Source: an uncultured Gemmatimonadaceae bacterium (lineage in GTDB: Bacteria; Gemmatimonadota; Gemmatimonadetes; Gemmatimonadales; Gemmatimonadaceae). From it: DNA of 64,000 bases. Below are positions 47,611 through 57,619 of the stretch, piece after piece. The stretch spans positions 1,216,001 through 1,280,000 of the forward strand of contig CAVXGK010000002.1 in assembly GCA_963761305.1 (NCBI GenBank). The letters run 5' to 3'. The position numbers and the translations under genes were made by a program. Below the pieces are notes generated by a model that ran no database searches, had not been told where the DNA came from, and saw nothing but the letters and a program-made list of their open reading frames with translations. Each line of letters begins with the position of its first letter. Positions within the stretch are counted from its first letter, which is position 1.

Positions 47611-49623
47611 TTAAAGGAGGCTGCTGACGTCGACGATGAGCGAAGGCCGGCCGTCGCCGAGGAGCGTGGCGCCCCCGAAGAACGGCGGTCCGTCTCGCAC
47701 CGCGTCGTACTGCTTCACGACGATCTCTTCCTGTCCGGTGAGCTCGTCGATGACGAGCCCCGCCCGGCGATCGCCGAGGTCGATCACCACCACGTGCTCG
47801 AGGTCGATCTCCGTCGGCGGGTCGTACGCCGGCAGCCCGACCAACGACCGCAGCCGAAGCAGCGGCAGCACTTCGTCGCGCGCGAGCAGGACTTCCTTGC
47901 CCTTCACCGTGCGCAGCACGTCGGGCGTCAGCTCGACGGTCTCGCTCACGTGGGCCTGCGGGATCGCGTACGTCTCGCCGCCGACCCGCGCCAGCAGCGC
48001 GCGCATGATGGCCAGCGTCAACGGAAGCCGGATCACCACCGTCGTTCCCTGCCCCGGCACCGAGCGGATGTCCATCGCGCCGCCGAGCGAGCGCACCTTC
48101 GTGTAGACCGCGTCCACGCCGACGCCGCGCCCCGACAATCCCGTCACCTGCTCCGCCGTCGAGAACCCCGGCCGCGCGAGCAGCCGGAGCAGCTCGTCTT
48201 CGGTGAGCTCGGTCTTCGTCGGTTCGACCAGCCCGTCGCGCTTGGCGCGCTCGAGGACGCGCTCGCGGTCGATGCCCTTGCCGTCGTCACTGACCTTGAT
48301 CACGACCGCCGAACGGTCGCGCACCGCGCTCAAGACGAGACGGCCCACGGCCGGCTTGCCGAGAGCGGCGCGAACGTCGGGACGCTCGATGCCGTGGTCC
48401 ACCGCGTTGCGCAGCAGATGGACCAGCGAGTCTGCGATCTCGTCGAGCATCGACCGATCGAGCTCGATGTCCTTGCCTTCGACGACGAAGTCGACCGGCT
48501 TGCCCAGCCCGCGCGACGCGTCGCGCACGACGCGCGGAAACCGGTCGAACACCTGCGACACCGGAATCATGCGGCTCGCCGTGATCTCGTCGCGCAGATC
48601 GGTGATGAGGCGCGACGACTGCATCACCGCCTCTTCCAGCGCGAGATCGCCGAGCTGGCCGGCGAGCTGCGTCAGACGGCCGCGCGCGATCACCAGCTCG
48701 CCGATGAGATTCATCAGCGCGTCGAGGCGCCGCACGTCGATGCGCATCGAGCGCACGCGGCCGCTCTCCGACCGCGTCTCGCTGGCCGGCGTCACGGCCA
48801 CGCCGTGCGCCGGCGTGAGCGTCATCGCCGACAACGCCGCCATGTCGTGCGCCGGCGTCATGGTGATCGCCGGCATGCTCCACGACGGCGTCAGCGCCGG
48901 CCACGCGCCGGAGCGACGCGGTTCGCCGACCTGCACCTCGAGCACGTCGCCCATTCCCCGCACCACGCTCTCGATCTCGGTGGACGAGCACGACGCGGCA
49001 AGGCGGACGGTGAACTCGGTGTCGAAATTTTCGGCCTGGAGCTCGATGAGCGGCGGCGTCGTCGACACGACCTCACCGATCGAGCGCAGCGCCTGCACGA
49101 TGAGGAACGCGCGCACGCCGCGCAGCGGCGTCTCCGGCTTGAGCCAGATGCGCACCGCTTCGCCGGTGCCGGACGGCGACACCAGGGAGTCGTCGGTCGC
49201 GGCGGGAATCGCCACGGTCTCGCGCCGCGCGGCGGGAGTGGTCGTCAGCGCGCGCAGCGCGGTGATGAGGTCCGGTGCGACGACGTCGCCTTCATGCCCC
49301 GCGACCGCCGCCTCGACCGCGTGCTCGAGCACGTCGGCGGAGCGGAACAGCGTGTCCATGATCGTCGCTTCGATCGACAGCTCGCCGCGGCGCACGCAGT
49401 CGAGCACTGTCTCGAGCTCGTGCGCGAGATCGGCGACGACGGTATAGCCCATCGTCGCCGCCATTCCCTTGATCGTGTGGACCGAACGGAAAATCGCGCC
49501 GACCGCCGATGCGGCGTCGGGGCCGGTCGCATCGCGCTCCAGCTGGAGCAGCGATTGGTTGACGGCGGCGACGTGCTCTCGGCTCTCGGTGAGAAAGAGC
49601 TGGGCGTACTCGCGATTATCCAC
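47611..49623 (-). CDS. cheA: Chemotaxis histidine kinase CheA (P1-P5)
   Basis: FRSVHTIKGMA, LDALMNLIGELVI, HLLRNAVDHGIE, DDGKG, GFST, SGRGVG and LPLTLAI. Confidence 0.97.
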   Translation of the reverse strand: MDNREYAQLFLTESREHVAAVNQSLLQLERDATGPDAASAVGAIFRSVHTIKGMAATMGYTVVADLAHELETVLDCVRRGELSIEATIMDTLFRSADVLEHAVEAAVAGHEGDVVAPDLITALRALTTTPAARRETVAIPAATDDSLVSPSGTGEAVRIWLKPETPLRGVRAFLIVQALRSIGEVVSTTPPLIELQAENFDTEFTVRLAASCSSTEIESVVRGMGDVLEVQVGEPRRSGAWPALTPSWSMPAITMTPAHDMAALSAMTLTPAHGVAVTPASETRSESGRVRSMRIDVRRLDALMNLIGELVIARGRLTQLAGQLGDLALEEAVMQSSRLITDLRDEITASRMIPVSQVFDRFPRVVRDASRGLGKPVDFVVEGKDIELDRSMLDEIADSLVHLLRNAVDHGIERPDVRAALGKPAVGRLVLSAVRDRSAVVIKVSDDGKGIDRERVLERAKRDGLVEPTKTELTEDELLRLLARPGFSTAEQVTGLSGRGVGVDAVYTKVRSLGGAMDIRSVPGQGTTVVIRLPLTLAIMRALLARVGGETYAIPQAHVSETVELTPDVLRTVKGKEVLLARDEVLPLLRLRSLVGLPAYDPPTEIDLEHVVVIDLGDRRAGLVIDELTGQEEIVVKQYDAVRDGPPFFGGATLLGDGRPSLIVDVSSLL

Positions 49624-49650
49624 GGCGCTTGGGTCGCACGCGGACCGTGC

Positions 49651-50013
49651 TCACCCGAGCACGCGCTGCACCGCCTCGAGGACGCGACTGGGTTGGAACG
49701 GCTTGACGACGAAGTCCTTCGCGCCGGCTTGAATCGCTTCGACGACGAGCGCCTGCTGCCCCATGGCGCTGCACATGAGGATTTTCGCGCCCGGGTCGAA
49801 CTTGCAGATCTCGCGCACGGCATCGATGCCGCCCATGTCGGGCATCACGATGTCCATGGTCACGAGATCCGGCCGCAGCTCCCGGTACTTCTCTACCGCT
49901 TGAACGCCCGTCTCGGCCTCGCCGACGATCTCGAACCCGGCTTGGGTGAGAATGTCGCCTACCATCGTGCGCATGAAGATGGCGTCGTCGCAGACCAGTA
50001 CTGTGTGACTCAC
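49651..50013 (-). CDS. cheY: Chemotaxis response regulator CheY
   Basis: VCDDAIFMR, TMDIVMP, CSAMGQQ and KPF, resembling Bacillus/Thermotoga CheY. GGAGG ribosome-binding site. Confidence 0.94.
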   Translation of the reverse strand: MSHTVLVCDDAIFMRTMVGDILTQAGFEIVGEAETGVQAVEKYRELRPDLVTMDIVMPDMGGIDAVREICKFDPGAKILMCSAMGQQALVVEAIQAGAKDFVVKPFQPSRVLEAVQRVLG

Positions 50014-50033
50014 GGGAACATGCCTCCAAAGAC

Positions 50034-50477
50034 CTAGGACAGCAGGACTTGCCGGATGAGAGCGGCGAGATCCAACACGACCACCGGTGCACCGTCGAGC
50101 ATCGCCACACCACGCACGAGATCCCCAGCCGCTTCCGTGGCGCCCGAGCCATCGATCTCGAGCTGCCGCACGTCGGCGACCTCGTCTACCACCACCCCGG
50201 CCAAGCGGTCGCGGTGGCGGACGAGAAGAATGGATCCCTCCGCGGCGGGCTCGGCTGACGGATCGAGCCGGACCCCCAGGTCTAGTATCGTCACGATCGT
50301 GCCGCGGACGTTGAGCAGACCGCGCACGAACGCGGGAGCTCCTGGGAGTCGGGTGATCGCTCCCATTGGGATGAGCTCTCTGACGTCTTCTCCGTCGGCC
50401 GCAAAGACCGTTTTCCCCGCGCGGAACATCAGCGCGGAGGTCAACGTGCCATCAGGGGTCGACGCGATAGAAGTCAA
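50034..50477 (-). CDS. cheW: CheW protein (start uncertain: TTG 50477 or TTG 50444)
   Basis: VRELI..TRLPGAPAFVRGLLNVRGTIVTILDL..GVVVDEV. Confidence 0.9.
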   Translation of the reverse strand: MTSIASTPDGTLTSALMFRAGKTVFAADGEDVRELIPMGAITRLPGAPAFVRGLLNVRGTIVTILDLGVRLDPSAEPAAEGSILLVRHRDRLAGVVVDEVADVRQLEIDGSGATEAAGDLVRGVAMLDGAPVVVLDLAALIRQVLLS

Positions 50478-51435
50478 AGCGCTCGAGCGGATCTGGGTCT
50501 GCGGTTAGCAGGCTGGAGCCGGCGGCGGCCCCAAGTGCCCTGCGAAGATCCTCCGGCAACGGCGCACGCAGATCGACCAGCTCGCCGGACACCGGATGCC
50601 GGAAGATCAGCCACGCCGCGTGCAGGAAATGCCGTCGCGGCGGGAGTCCCATCAGCTTGCGCCCCCCGCCGCCGCCATAAGTGTCGTCACCAACGACCGG
50701 ATGCCCGATCGAGGCGGCATGCACTCGGATCTGGTGCGTGCGCCCGGAGTGCAGGTGCGCCCGCAGAAGATCGACGGAGTCAAAGCGCGCGAGCCGAGTG
50801 AGATCTGTCCTCGCCGGCCGTCCTGTGTTGACGACCGCCATGCGCTTTCGGTCTCGCGGATCGCGGGCGATCGGCCGGTCGATCGAAACCCGATCTTCGG
50901 CGAGGTGTCCCCAGGTCAGGGCTGCATAACGCCGAGTGATCTGTCGAGCCTGCAGGGCGGAGCCCAAGACTTTGTGCGCCCGATCACTTTTCGCGACCAG
51001 GAGCAGCCCGGACGTCTCCTTGTCGAGCCGGTGGACGATCCCCTCGCGGGACGTGTCAGCCCCAGCGGAAAGCGATGTCCCCCTTCCCTTTAGCGCGTTG
51101 ACGAGCGTCCCGGACCAGTTCCCGGGGGCCGGATGGACGACCATGCCGGCTGGCTTGTCGACCACCAGCACGTCGTCGTCCTCGAACGCTACCGCCAGCG
51201 GGATGGACTCGCCGATGACGGGGTGAGCCTCGGGGGCCGGAGTCTCGACGTCGATTCGCTCGCCCGCGTCGGGGCGGTAGCTGGCGCGCTCGCGCCGGCC
51301 GGCGACGAGTACGCGGCCGTTGGCGATCAGCGTCGCAGCCTGATTCCGGGAAATCTCGAGTTGTTGGGCGACGAGGAGATCGAGGCGCGGAGCGTCGTCG
51401 GGGGCGTCGAAGGTGCGACGACCGGACTCGGTCAC
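50452..51435 (-). CDS. rluD: RluA-family pseudouridine synthase with an S4 domain (RluD-like)
   Basis: RLD S4 domain, VDKPAGMVVHP, HRLDKETSG and GRTHQIRVH. Confidence 0.92.
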   Translation of the reverse strand: MTESGRRTFDAPDDAPRLDLLVAQQLEISRNQAATLIANGRVLVAGRRERASYRPDAGERIDVETPAPEAHPVIGESIPLAVAFEDDDVLVVDKPAGMVVHPAPGNWSGTLVNALKGRGTSLSAGADTSREGIVHRLDKETSGLLLVAKSDRAHKVLGSALQARQITRRYAALTWGHLAEDRVSIDRPIARDPRDRKRMAVVNTGRPARTDLTRLARFDSVDLLRAHLHSGRTHQIRVHAASIGHPVVGDDTYGGGGGRKLMGLPPRRHFLHAAWLIFRHPVSGELVDLRAPLPEDLRRALGAAAGSSLLTADPDPLERFDFYRVDP

Positions 51436-51980
51436 CGCGCTCCGGTCGATGCTTCGTCGCGCATGGCCGCTTCGCCGGCGGCGAGCGCCAGCTGCTTGCG
51501 GTCCTCACGCCACAACACGAACGCGAGCGTGATTGCGCCGATCGTCACGGCAGAGTCGGCGACGTTGAACGTCCAGAAGCGGACAGTGCCCACGCCGACG
51601 TCGATGAAGTCGACGACGCCGCTCGTTCCCCGGAAGCGATCGATGAGATTGCCCGCGGCGCCGCCCCAGGCGAGACCGAGCGCCACGACGCGCACCCAGT
51701 CACCGCTCTTGGTCGTGCGATAGAGCCACCACAGCACGATCAGCGCGACGACAGCGAACGCGCCGAACACGTAGCGCGACTTGTCGCCGACCGACATGCT
51801 GAACGCCGCACCGGGATTGTAGGCCAGTGTGAAGCGCACGACGTCGCCGACGATGCGGCGCGGAACGCCACGCGTCAGTTGGCGAACGGCCAGCGCTTTC
51901 GTGATGATGTCGAGCACGACGACCGAAACAGCCGCCGTCCAGAACACGCGGCCGTTTTTCGGTCCCGAGGCGTTCGTCAT
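51432..51980 (-). CDS. lspA: Lipoprotein signal peptidase II (copy B)
   Basis: DIITK, NPGAAFS, GNLIDR, VVDFID and FNVAD. Confidence 0.93.
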   Translation of the reverse strand: MTNASGPKNGRVFWTAAVSVVVLDIITKALAVRQLTRGVPRRIVGDVVRFTLAYNPGAAFSMSVGDKSRYVFGAFAVVALIVLWWLYRTTKSGDWVRVVALGLAWGGAAGNLIDRFRGTSGVVDFIDVGVGTVRFWTFNVADSAVTIGAITLAFVLWREDRKQLALAAGEAAMRDEASTGAR

Positions 51981-51996
51981 GTCGGGCGTTTCGCGC

Positions 51997-52548
51997 TTAT
52001 GAGAGCTCGCGCGTGTCGGCGGAAACAGCGACCGGTGCCGGCACCGTCGCGGCCTGCGCCTCCGCGTCCTCACCCCACAGCACCCAGGCCAGCAAGAAGG
52101 CACCGACGCTCACGGCCATGTCGGCCACGTTGAACGTCGGCCACCGCGAATCGCCAAAACCGATGTCGATGAAATCGACGACGCCGTATCGCGAGGTGAT
52201 GCGGTCGGCGAGATTGCCCAGCGCGCCGCCGCACACCATCGCCAGCGCGATCGACCGCAGCACGTCGCCGCGTCGCGTGGACGTGTACAGGAAGCCCAGG
52301 ATCACCAGCGCCACGATCGTGAGCGCCATGAAGATCCAGCGCGACTGCGAACCCAGATGAAGGCCGAACGCCGCGCCCGGGTTGCGCACCAGCGTGAACC
52401 GCATCCAGTCGCCGAAGACTTCGTGCGGCAACCCCTGCGGCAGCAGCCGGTGCGCCGCGAGGTACTTCGTGCCGAAGTCCACCGCGGCGATCAGACAGAG
52501 CACGGGCCAGAAGAGGCCCGCGTTGCCTCGTTCGCTACTTCTTTGCAT
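51997..52548 (-). CDS. lspA: Lipoprotein signal peptidase II (copy A)
   Basis: DFGTK, NPGAAFG, GNLADR, VVDFID and WPTFNVAD. Confidence 0.93.
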   Translation of the reverse strand: MQRSSERGNAGLFWPVLCLIAAVDFGTKYLAAHRLLPQGLPHEVFGDWMRFTLVRNPGAAFGLHLGSQSRWIFMALTIVALVILGFLYTSTRRGDVLRSIALAMVCGGALGNLADRITSRYGVVDFIDIGFGDSRWPTFNVADMAVSVGAFLLAWVLWGEDAEAQAATVPAPVAVSADTRELS

Positions 52549-52951
52549 CTTCCTCGCGCTGCTTGCAGTTGATGCAGTAACGGGCATGCGGGAGTGCGTC
52601 GAGACGATCGTACGCAATCTCGTTGCCGCACTGGTGGCACTTCCCGAAGTTGTCCGGATCGCGATACAGCCGCCGCAGCGCCTCGTCGATGTGCCACAGG
52701 AACCGGCCTTCCTGGCTGGCGAACAGAAACGCCTTTTCGCGCTCCATGGCGTCGGTGCCCTGGTCGGCCATGTGGAACGAGTAGCTGCTCAGATCGCCGT
52801 CGGCGGACTGTGGCGTCGCGCCGAACGCCTCGTCGGCGCGGCCCAGTTCCTTCAGGACGCGCTTCCGCTCGTCGAGCAGACGCTTCTCAAAATGCTGAAG
52901 CATCTTCTTGCTCAGTCCCTTGACCTTTTTCGCGCTGTTCGCGGTTGGCAT
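52535..52951 (-). CDS. TraR/DksA family C4 zinc-finger protein
   Basis: Coiled-coil tip HMADQGTD, zinc finger CHQC..CINC, and RLDALP. Confidence 0.9.
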   Translation of the reverse strand: MPTANSAKKVKGLSKKMLQHFEKRLLDERKRVLKELGRADEAFGATPQSADGDLSSYSFHMADQGTDAMEREKAFLFASQEGRFLWHIDEALRRLYRDPDNFGKCHQCGNEIAYDRLDALPHARYCINCKQREEDAKK

Positions 52952-52953
52952 TG

Positions 52954-55900
52954 CTACGGTATCCTGGTAATGGCCACGAAGGCCGTCATTCCGTCGAGGT
53001 CGACCGGCGTCATACCATCGCGCGCGCCATCGTGCAGCACGAGCTCGGTCGCCAAAGTCTCGTCCATGATCCATGCGCGATGCGCACCCACGACGGCGTG
53101 CACGTCGCCTTCCTGCCCCCGCCCGATGGTCAGCGTGATTCGGTCGCTGACCGCGAATGAAGCCTCCTTTCGCATGCGCTGTACCCGGCTAACCAGCTCT
53201 CGGGCGTATCCCTCGAGCTCCAGCGCCGGTGTCACCATCGGATCGATCGCGGCAAAGAAACCCGCGTCCTCCTGAACCACGAGGTCGCCGGACGCCCGCC
53301 GAATGATCGTCACATCGTCAAGCTCCAGTTCGTGCGATTGCCCCTCAACGCTAATGACCAGCGAACCGCCGTGCTCGAAGCGGCGCAACTCGTCGCCGGA
53401 AAGTGACGCGACCGCGCGCGCCGCGAGCGGCGTGTGCTGGCCGAATTTTTTCCCCAATGCCCTGAAGTTCGGTTTCGCCTCGAGCGTCACGAGCTCGTCC
53501 GACGAAGTCGCGAAATCTACTCGTTTGACGTTGAGCTCCGCCGCCAGCAGCGGGACCAGCGGGACGAGCCCGGACTCGGTCACACCCGGCGCGACGCAGA
53601 CGAGCCGCGCCAGCGGGCGCCGCACCTTGATCTCGGCTTCCTCTCGCGCCCCACGGCCGAGCCTGGCGAGCCGGCGGATCGCCGCCATCGGCGCGTCGAA
53701 ATCGGACGTGACCGGACCGCGCGGCGCGACGAACGGCGCGAGATGCACCGACTCGCCCGTCAGCTCGCGATGGATCCAGTCGCTCACGAACGGCGCGATC
53801 GGCGCCAACAGCCGGCAGACGGAGACGAGCACCTCGTGCAGGGTCGCGAACGCCGCCCGGTTGTCGTCGGCCTCGACGTCGTAGAACCGATTGCGGCTCA
53901 GCCGCACGTACCAGTTGGCGACGTCGTCGTCCACGAACTCGATGATCGCGCGCGACGCGGCGGTCGCGTCGTACGCGTTGAACGCGGCGTCGACCGTCTG
54001 CTCGAGCCGCGCGAGCCGGCTGATCATCCATTGATCGAGCGCCGGACGCGCCTCGATCGGTGGATCGGCCTCCGACGGGCTCCAGCCGAAGTTGGCGTAC
54101 TGCGCGAAGATTCCGCTGTACACGTTCTTGAGCGTGCGCATGAAGCGCCCCGCCTGCTCGGCGAGGATCTTCTCGTCGAACTTGCGCTCCACCCACACCG
54201 CGCTCGACGCGACGAAGAAGAGCCGCGTGGCGTCGGCGCCGTGTTTGCTCATCACCATCCACGGATCGACGACGTTGCCGACGCTCTTCGACATCTTCTT
54301 CCCGTCCGCGTCGAGCACCTGATCGTTCACCACGACCGCGCGATACGGCGACGCGATCGACGCGACGCTGTTCGCTCCGCCCGTCGGCCCCACGTTGTTC
54401 GGCAACGCGTCACCAAGTCCCGTGGCGATGGCGAGCAGCGAGTAGAACCAGCCGCGCGTCTGATCGACGCCCTCGGCGATGAAGTCGGCGGGAAACTGGC
54501 CGGCGATCTTGTCGCGATTCTCGAACGGATAGTGCCACTGCGCGAACGACATCGACCCCGAGTCGAACCAGGTGTCGATCACCTCGGAGGCGCGACGCAT
54601 CGTGCCGCCGCAGCCCGCCTGCGAGCACCGCCAGGTGTACCGATCGACGTTCGGCTTGTGGGGATCGAACTCGGACGTCAGGCGCTCGCCGGAACGCGCG
54701 CTCAAGTCGGCGTACGACCCGATGCACTCGACGTGCGCCGATTCGTTGTCGCAGATCCAGACCGGGAGCGGCGTGCCCCAGTAGCGGTCGCGCGAGATCG
54801 TCCAGTCGATGTTCCCGACCAGCCACTCGCCGAAGCGACCTTCGCCGATGGTCGGCGGATGCCAGTCGACGCGCGCGTTGCGCGCCAGCATATCGTCGCG
54901 GAACGCCGTCGTGCGGACGAACCACGACGTGCGCGCGTAGTAGATGAGCGGCGTGCCGCAGCGCCAGCAATGCGGGTACTGGTGCGTGATGCGCCCCGCC
55001 TTCCATAGAACGCCGCGCCGCTTGAGCTCTTCGGTGATGATCGGATCGGCGTCCTTCACGAACAGTCCGCCGACGAGCGGCACCGACGCAGGGAACTCGC
55101 CGCGCCCGTCGACCGGCTGGATGAACGCCAGCTTGTGCCGCTTGCCCGCCGCGTAGTCGTCGGCGCCGAACGCCGGCGACATGTGGACGACGCCGCTGCC
55201 GTCCGACGCGGAAACGAAGTCTTCGCCGACGATGAGCTCGTGCTCGCCCTCGGGCGGGAACTCGACCCAATCGAGCGGGCGCGTGTATCGGCGGCCGACG
55301 AGCTCGGCGCCCTTGATGTGGCGCACCAACTCCCAGCGGTTCTCGTAGTCCTCGCCCAGCACGGCCCGCACGCGCGACTCGGCAAGGATGAGCGTTCTTT
55401 GATCCTTGCCTTCCTCGCGGCGCACCAGCTCGACGTAGTCGAGATCCGGATGCACCGCGAGCGCGGTGTTGGAGACGAGCGTCCACGGCGTCGTCGTCCA
55501 CACGAGGATGCGCCGGCCGACCGGCGGGTGCAGCGACGCGTCGCGCCCACTCGGTTCCTCGACGAGATCGAGCGCCACGTAGATGCTCGGATCTTCGTCC
55601 TCTTGGTAGCCGAGCGACAGCTCGTGGCTCGACAGCGCGGTGCCGCATCGCGGACAATACGGGAGGATCTTGTGCCCGCGGTACAGCAGATTCTTGTCGA
55701 ACAGCGTCTTGAGCGCCCACCACACGCTCTCGACGTAGTCGTTGTGATACGTGACGTACGGATGGGCGTAGTCGAGCCAGTAGCCCATGCGCGCGCTCAG
55801 CTTTTCCCAGTCGGAGCGATACTTGAACACGCTCTCGCGGCAGAGCCGGTTGAACTCCGCGACGCCGAGCGATTCGATCTGCTGCTTGCCACTGATGCCG

Positions 55901-56220
55901 AGCTGCTTTTCGACCTCGATCTCGACCGGAAGTCCGTGCGTGTCCCACCCGGCTTTGCGCGCAACGCGGTAGCCCTTCATCGCGCGATAGCGGCAGAACA
56001 GATCCTTGATCGTGCGCGAGAACACGTGGTGGATGCCGGGCCGGCCGTTCGCCGTCGGCGGGCCTTCAAAGAACACGAATGACGGCGCGCCGGCCTTCGC
56101 CTCCAGCGTGCGCGCGAAGAGATCCTCGTCAGCCCAGCGCGCGAGCAACTCGCGCTCGACGTCGTCGGCCGCGCGATCCGGCGGCAGCGGCTCGAATCGC
56201 GTCATGCTCGGCGCCGTCAC
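52954..56220 (-). CDS. ileS: Isoleucine--tRNA ligase, type 2 (IleRS2)
   Basis: [51 protein letters not shown] and the IleRS2-type C-terminus (QRMRK). Confidence 0.96.
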   Translation of the reverse strand: MTAPSMTRFEPLPPDRAADDVERELLARWADEDLFARTLEAKAGAPSFVFFEGPPTANGRPGIHHVFSRTIKDLFCRYRAMKGYRVARKAGWDTHGLPVEIEVEKQLGISGKQQIESLGVAEFNRLCRESVFKYRSDWEKLSARMGYWLDYAHPYVTYHNDYVESVWWALKTLFDKNLLYRGHKILPYCPRCGTALSSHELSLGYQEDEDPSIYVALDLVEEPSGRDASLHPPVGRRILVWTTTPWTLVSNTALAVHPDLDYVELVRREEGKDQRTLILAESRVRAVLGEDYENRWELVRHIKGAELVGRRYTRPLDWVEFPPEGEHELIVGEDFVSASDGSGVVHMSPAFGADDYAAGKRHKLAFIQPVDGRGEFPASVPLVGGLFVKDADPIITEELKRRGVLWKAGRITHQYPHCWRCGTPLIYYARTSWFVRTTAFRDDMLARNARVDWHPPTIGEGRFGEWLVGNIDWTISRDRYWGTPLPVWICDNESAHVECIGSYADLSARSGERLTSEFDPHKPNVDRYTWRCSQAGCGGTMRRASEVIDTWFDSGSMSFAQWHYPFENRDKIAGQFPADFIAEGVDQTRGWFYSLLAIATGLGDALPNNVGPTGGANSVASIASPYRAVVVNDQVLDADGKKMSKSVGNVVDPWMVMSKHGADATRLFFVASSAVWVERKFDEKILAEQAGRFMRTLKNVYSGIFAQYANFGWSPSEADPPIEARPALDQWMISRLARLEQTVDAAFNAYDATAASRAIIEFVDDDVANWYVRLSRNRFYDVEADDNRAAFATLHEVLVSVCRLLAPIAPFVSDWIHRELTGESVHLAPFVAPRGPVTSDFDAPMAAIRRLARLGRGAREEAEIKVRRPLARLVCVAPGVTESGLVPLVPLLAAELNVKRVDFATSSDELVTLEAKPNFRALGKKFGQHTPLAARAVASLSGDELRRFEHGGSLVISVEGQSHELELDDVTIIRRASGDLVVQEDAGFFAAIDPMVTPALELEGYARELVSRVQRMRKEASFAVSDRITLTIGRGQEGDVHAVVGAHRAWIMDETLATELVLHDGARDGMTPVDLDGMTAFVAITRIP

Positions 56221-57086
56221 ATGCGCTCCAGCACGCCGCGCACGACGGTCGTCAGCGCCGGCTCGGCGCCGTTCGCGACGGCGATGATCTTCTCGACCGT
56301 CGCCGCCTCGAGCGCGTCGGGGTCACACATGTCGGTGAGGATCGAGAGTCCCAGCACCCGCATGCCCGCGTGGACGGCGACGATCGTCTCCGGCACGGTC
56401 GACATGCCGACGACGTCGGCGCCGATCGCGCGCAGGAATCGATACTCGGCGCGCGTCTCGAGGTTCGGTCCCGAGACCGCGACGTAGACGCCTTCGCGCA
56501 GCGAGATGCCGGCGTCCGCCGCCACGTGGCGCGCCAGCGCGCCGAGCGCCGCGTCATACGGTGCCGACAAATCCGGAAAGCGCGGACCCAGCCGGTCGTC
56601 GTTCGGGCCGATGAGAGGACTGTCGCCGAGCAAGTTCACATGATCCGTGATCAACATCAGGTCGCCGGCGCTCCATTGCGGATTCAAGCCGCCACACGCG
56701 TTCGACACGAACAACGTCTTCACGCCAAGCGCTCGCAGCACGCGAACGGGAAAGGTGACCTGTTGTAGCGAATACCCTTCATATCGATGAAAGCGCCCTT
56801 GCATGGCCACGACGGTTCTGGCACCTAGCGTGCCGCAGAGCAGCCGGCCCGCGTGCGATTCCACGGTCGATGCCGGAAACCCCGGGATGTCCTCATAAGG
56901 TATGACCACCGGGTTCTCGATCTCCGACGCCAGCCGGCCGAGCCCCGTACCGAGGATGATCGCCGCGTCCGGGTGCCCGGGGAAGCGCGCGCGCACGACG
57001 TGCGCCGCGCGCTCCGCTGTTTCGAGCACGTGAGAACCCGGCGCCGAGCCGGGCGCCGGGGGTGCTACCGGAGCCACGAGCGTCAT
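56217..57086 (-). CDS. punA: Purine nucleoside phosphorylase (trimeric PNP/XapA type)
   Basis: [33 protein letters not shown] and VGMSTVPE. Confidence 0.92.
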   Translation of the reverse strand: MTLVAPVAPPAPGSAPGSHVLETAERAAHVVRARFPGHPDAAIILGTGLGRLASEIENPVVIPYEDIPGFPASTVESHAGRLLCGTLGARTVVAMQGRFHRYEGYSLQQVTFPVRVLRALGVKTLFVSNACGGLNPQWSAGDLMLITDHVNLLGDSPLIGPNDDRLGPRFPDLSAPYDAALGALARHVAADAGISLREGVYVAVSGPNLETRAEYRFLRAIGADVVGMSTVPETIVAVHAGMRVLGLSILTDMCDPDALEAATVEKIIAVANGAEPALTTVVRGVLERM

Positions 57087-57619
57087 TCTTTGAGAATCGA
57101 GGCGGCGGCGCGGACGGGAGAAATCGGCACGCCGTCGCGGCGCTGACCGTCGAGGTTCACCTGCTCGGCGGCGGTAATCTCGGCGAGATGCCGTTCGACG
57201 AGCGTGCGAAGCTGCGCGAGGTACGCGCGCCGCGAGTGCTCGAGTCCCGCCACGCCGTCCTGCATCCGACGGATCTCTCCGCGCGCTTCTTCGACGATGC
57301 GAGCCGCCTCGGCCCGCGCTTCGCGCAGAATGAGCTCCGACTCCTTGTCGGCCTGTTCGCGGATGTCGCCGCGAAGTTGCTGGGCCGACACCAGCGCCTC
57401 GTTGATGGCCTTGTCTCGCTCGCGGAACGCGCGAAGCTGCTCGTGGAAGCCGCGAGCTTTCGCCTCGAGCTCCTGATTGAGGCGCGACAATCGCTCCAGC
57501 TCCTCGGCTACCTGGTCGCGGAACTGATTCACGCGCTCGGGATCGTAGCCGCGAATCGCTTTGCCGAATTCGTAACGACGAACGTCGAGCGGCGTGAGGT
57601 GGAAGGTCTCGTCCATCAT
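57083..57619 (-). CDS. divIVA: DivIVA domain protein
   Basis: [23 protein letters not shown] followed by a long coiled coil. Confidence 0.9.
   Translation of the reverse strand: MMDETFHLTPLDVRRYEFGKAIRGYDPERVNQFRDQVAEELERLSRLNQELEAKARGFHEQLRAFRERDKAINEALVSAQQLRGDIREQADKESELILREARAEAARIVEEARGEIRRMQDGVAGLEHSRRAYLAQLRTLVERHLAEITAAEQVNLDGQRRDGVPISPVRAAASILKE

Noticed and set aside
49616..49624. DnaA-box-like TTATCCACG at the cheA start
   Set aside because: It is a single 8/9 match explained by the codons GTG GAT AAT, and the cluster's DnaA-like protein has no box-binding domain.
50010..50021. Mini-ORF MFP overlapping the cheY start
   Set aside because: It is not coupled to the upstream stop, and GGAGG is 1 nt from this ATG but properly spaced for the cheY GTG.
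46993..50037. 1014-aa plus-strand ORF and other long antisense ORFs (e.g. 44252-46081, 37205-38923, 25319-26989)
   Set aside because: These are shadow ORFs opposite motif-supported genes, expected from high-GC codon bias, with no recognisable domains.
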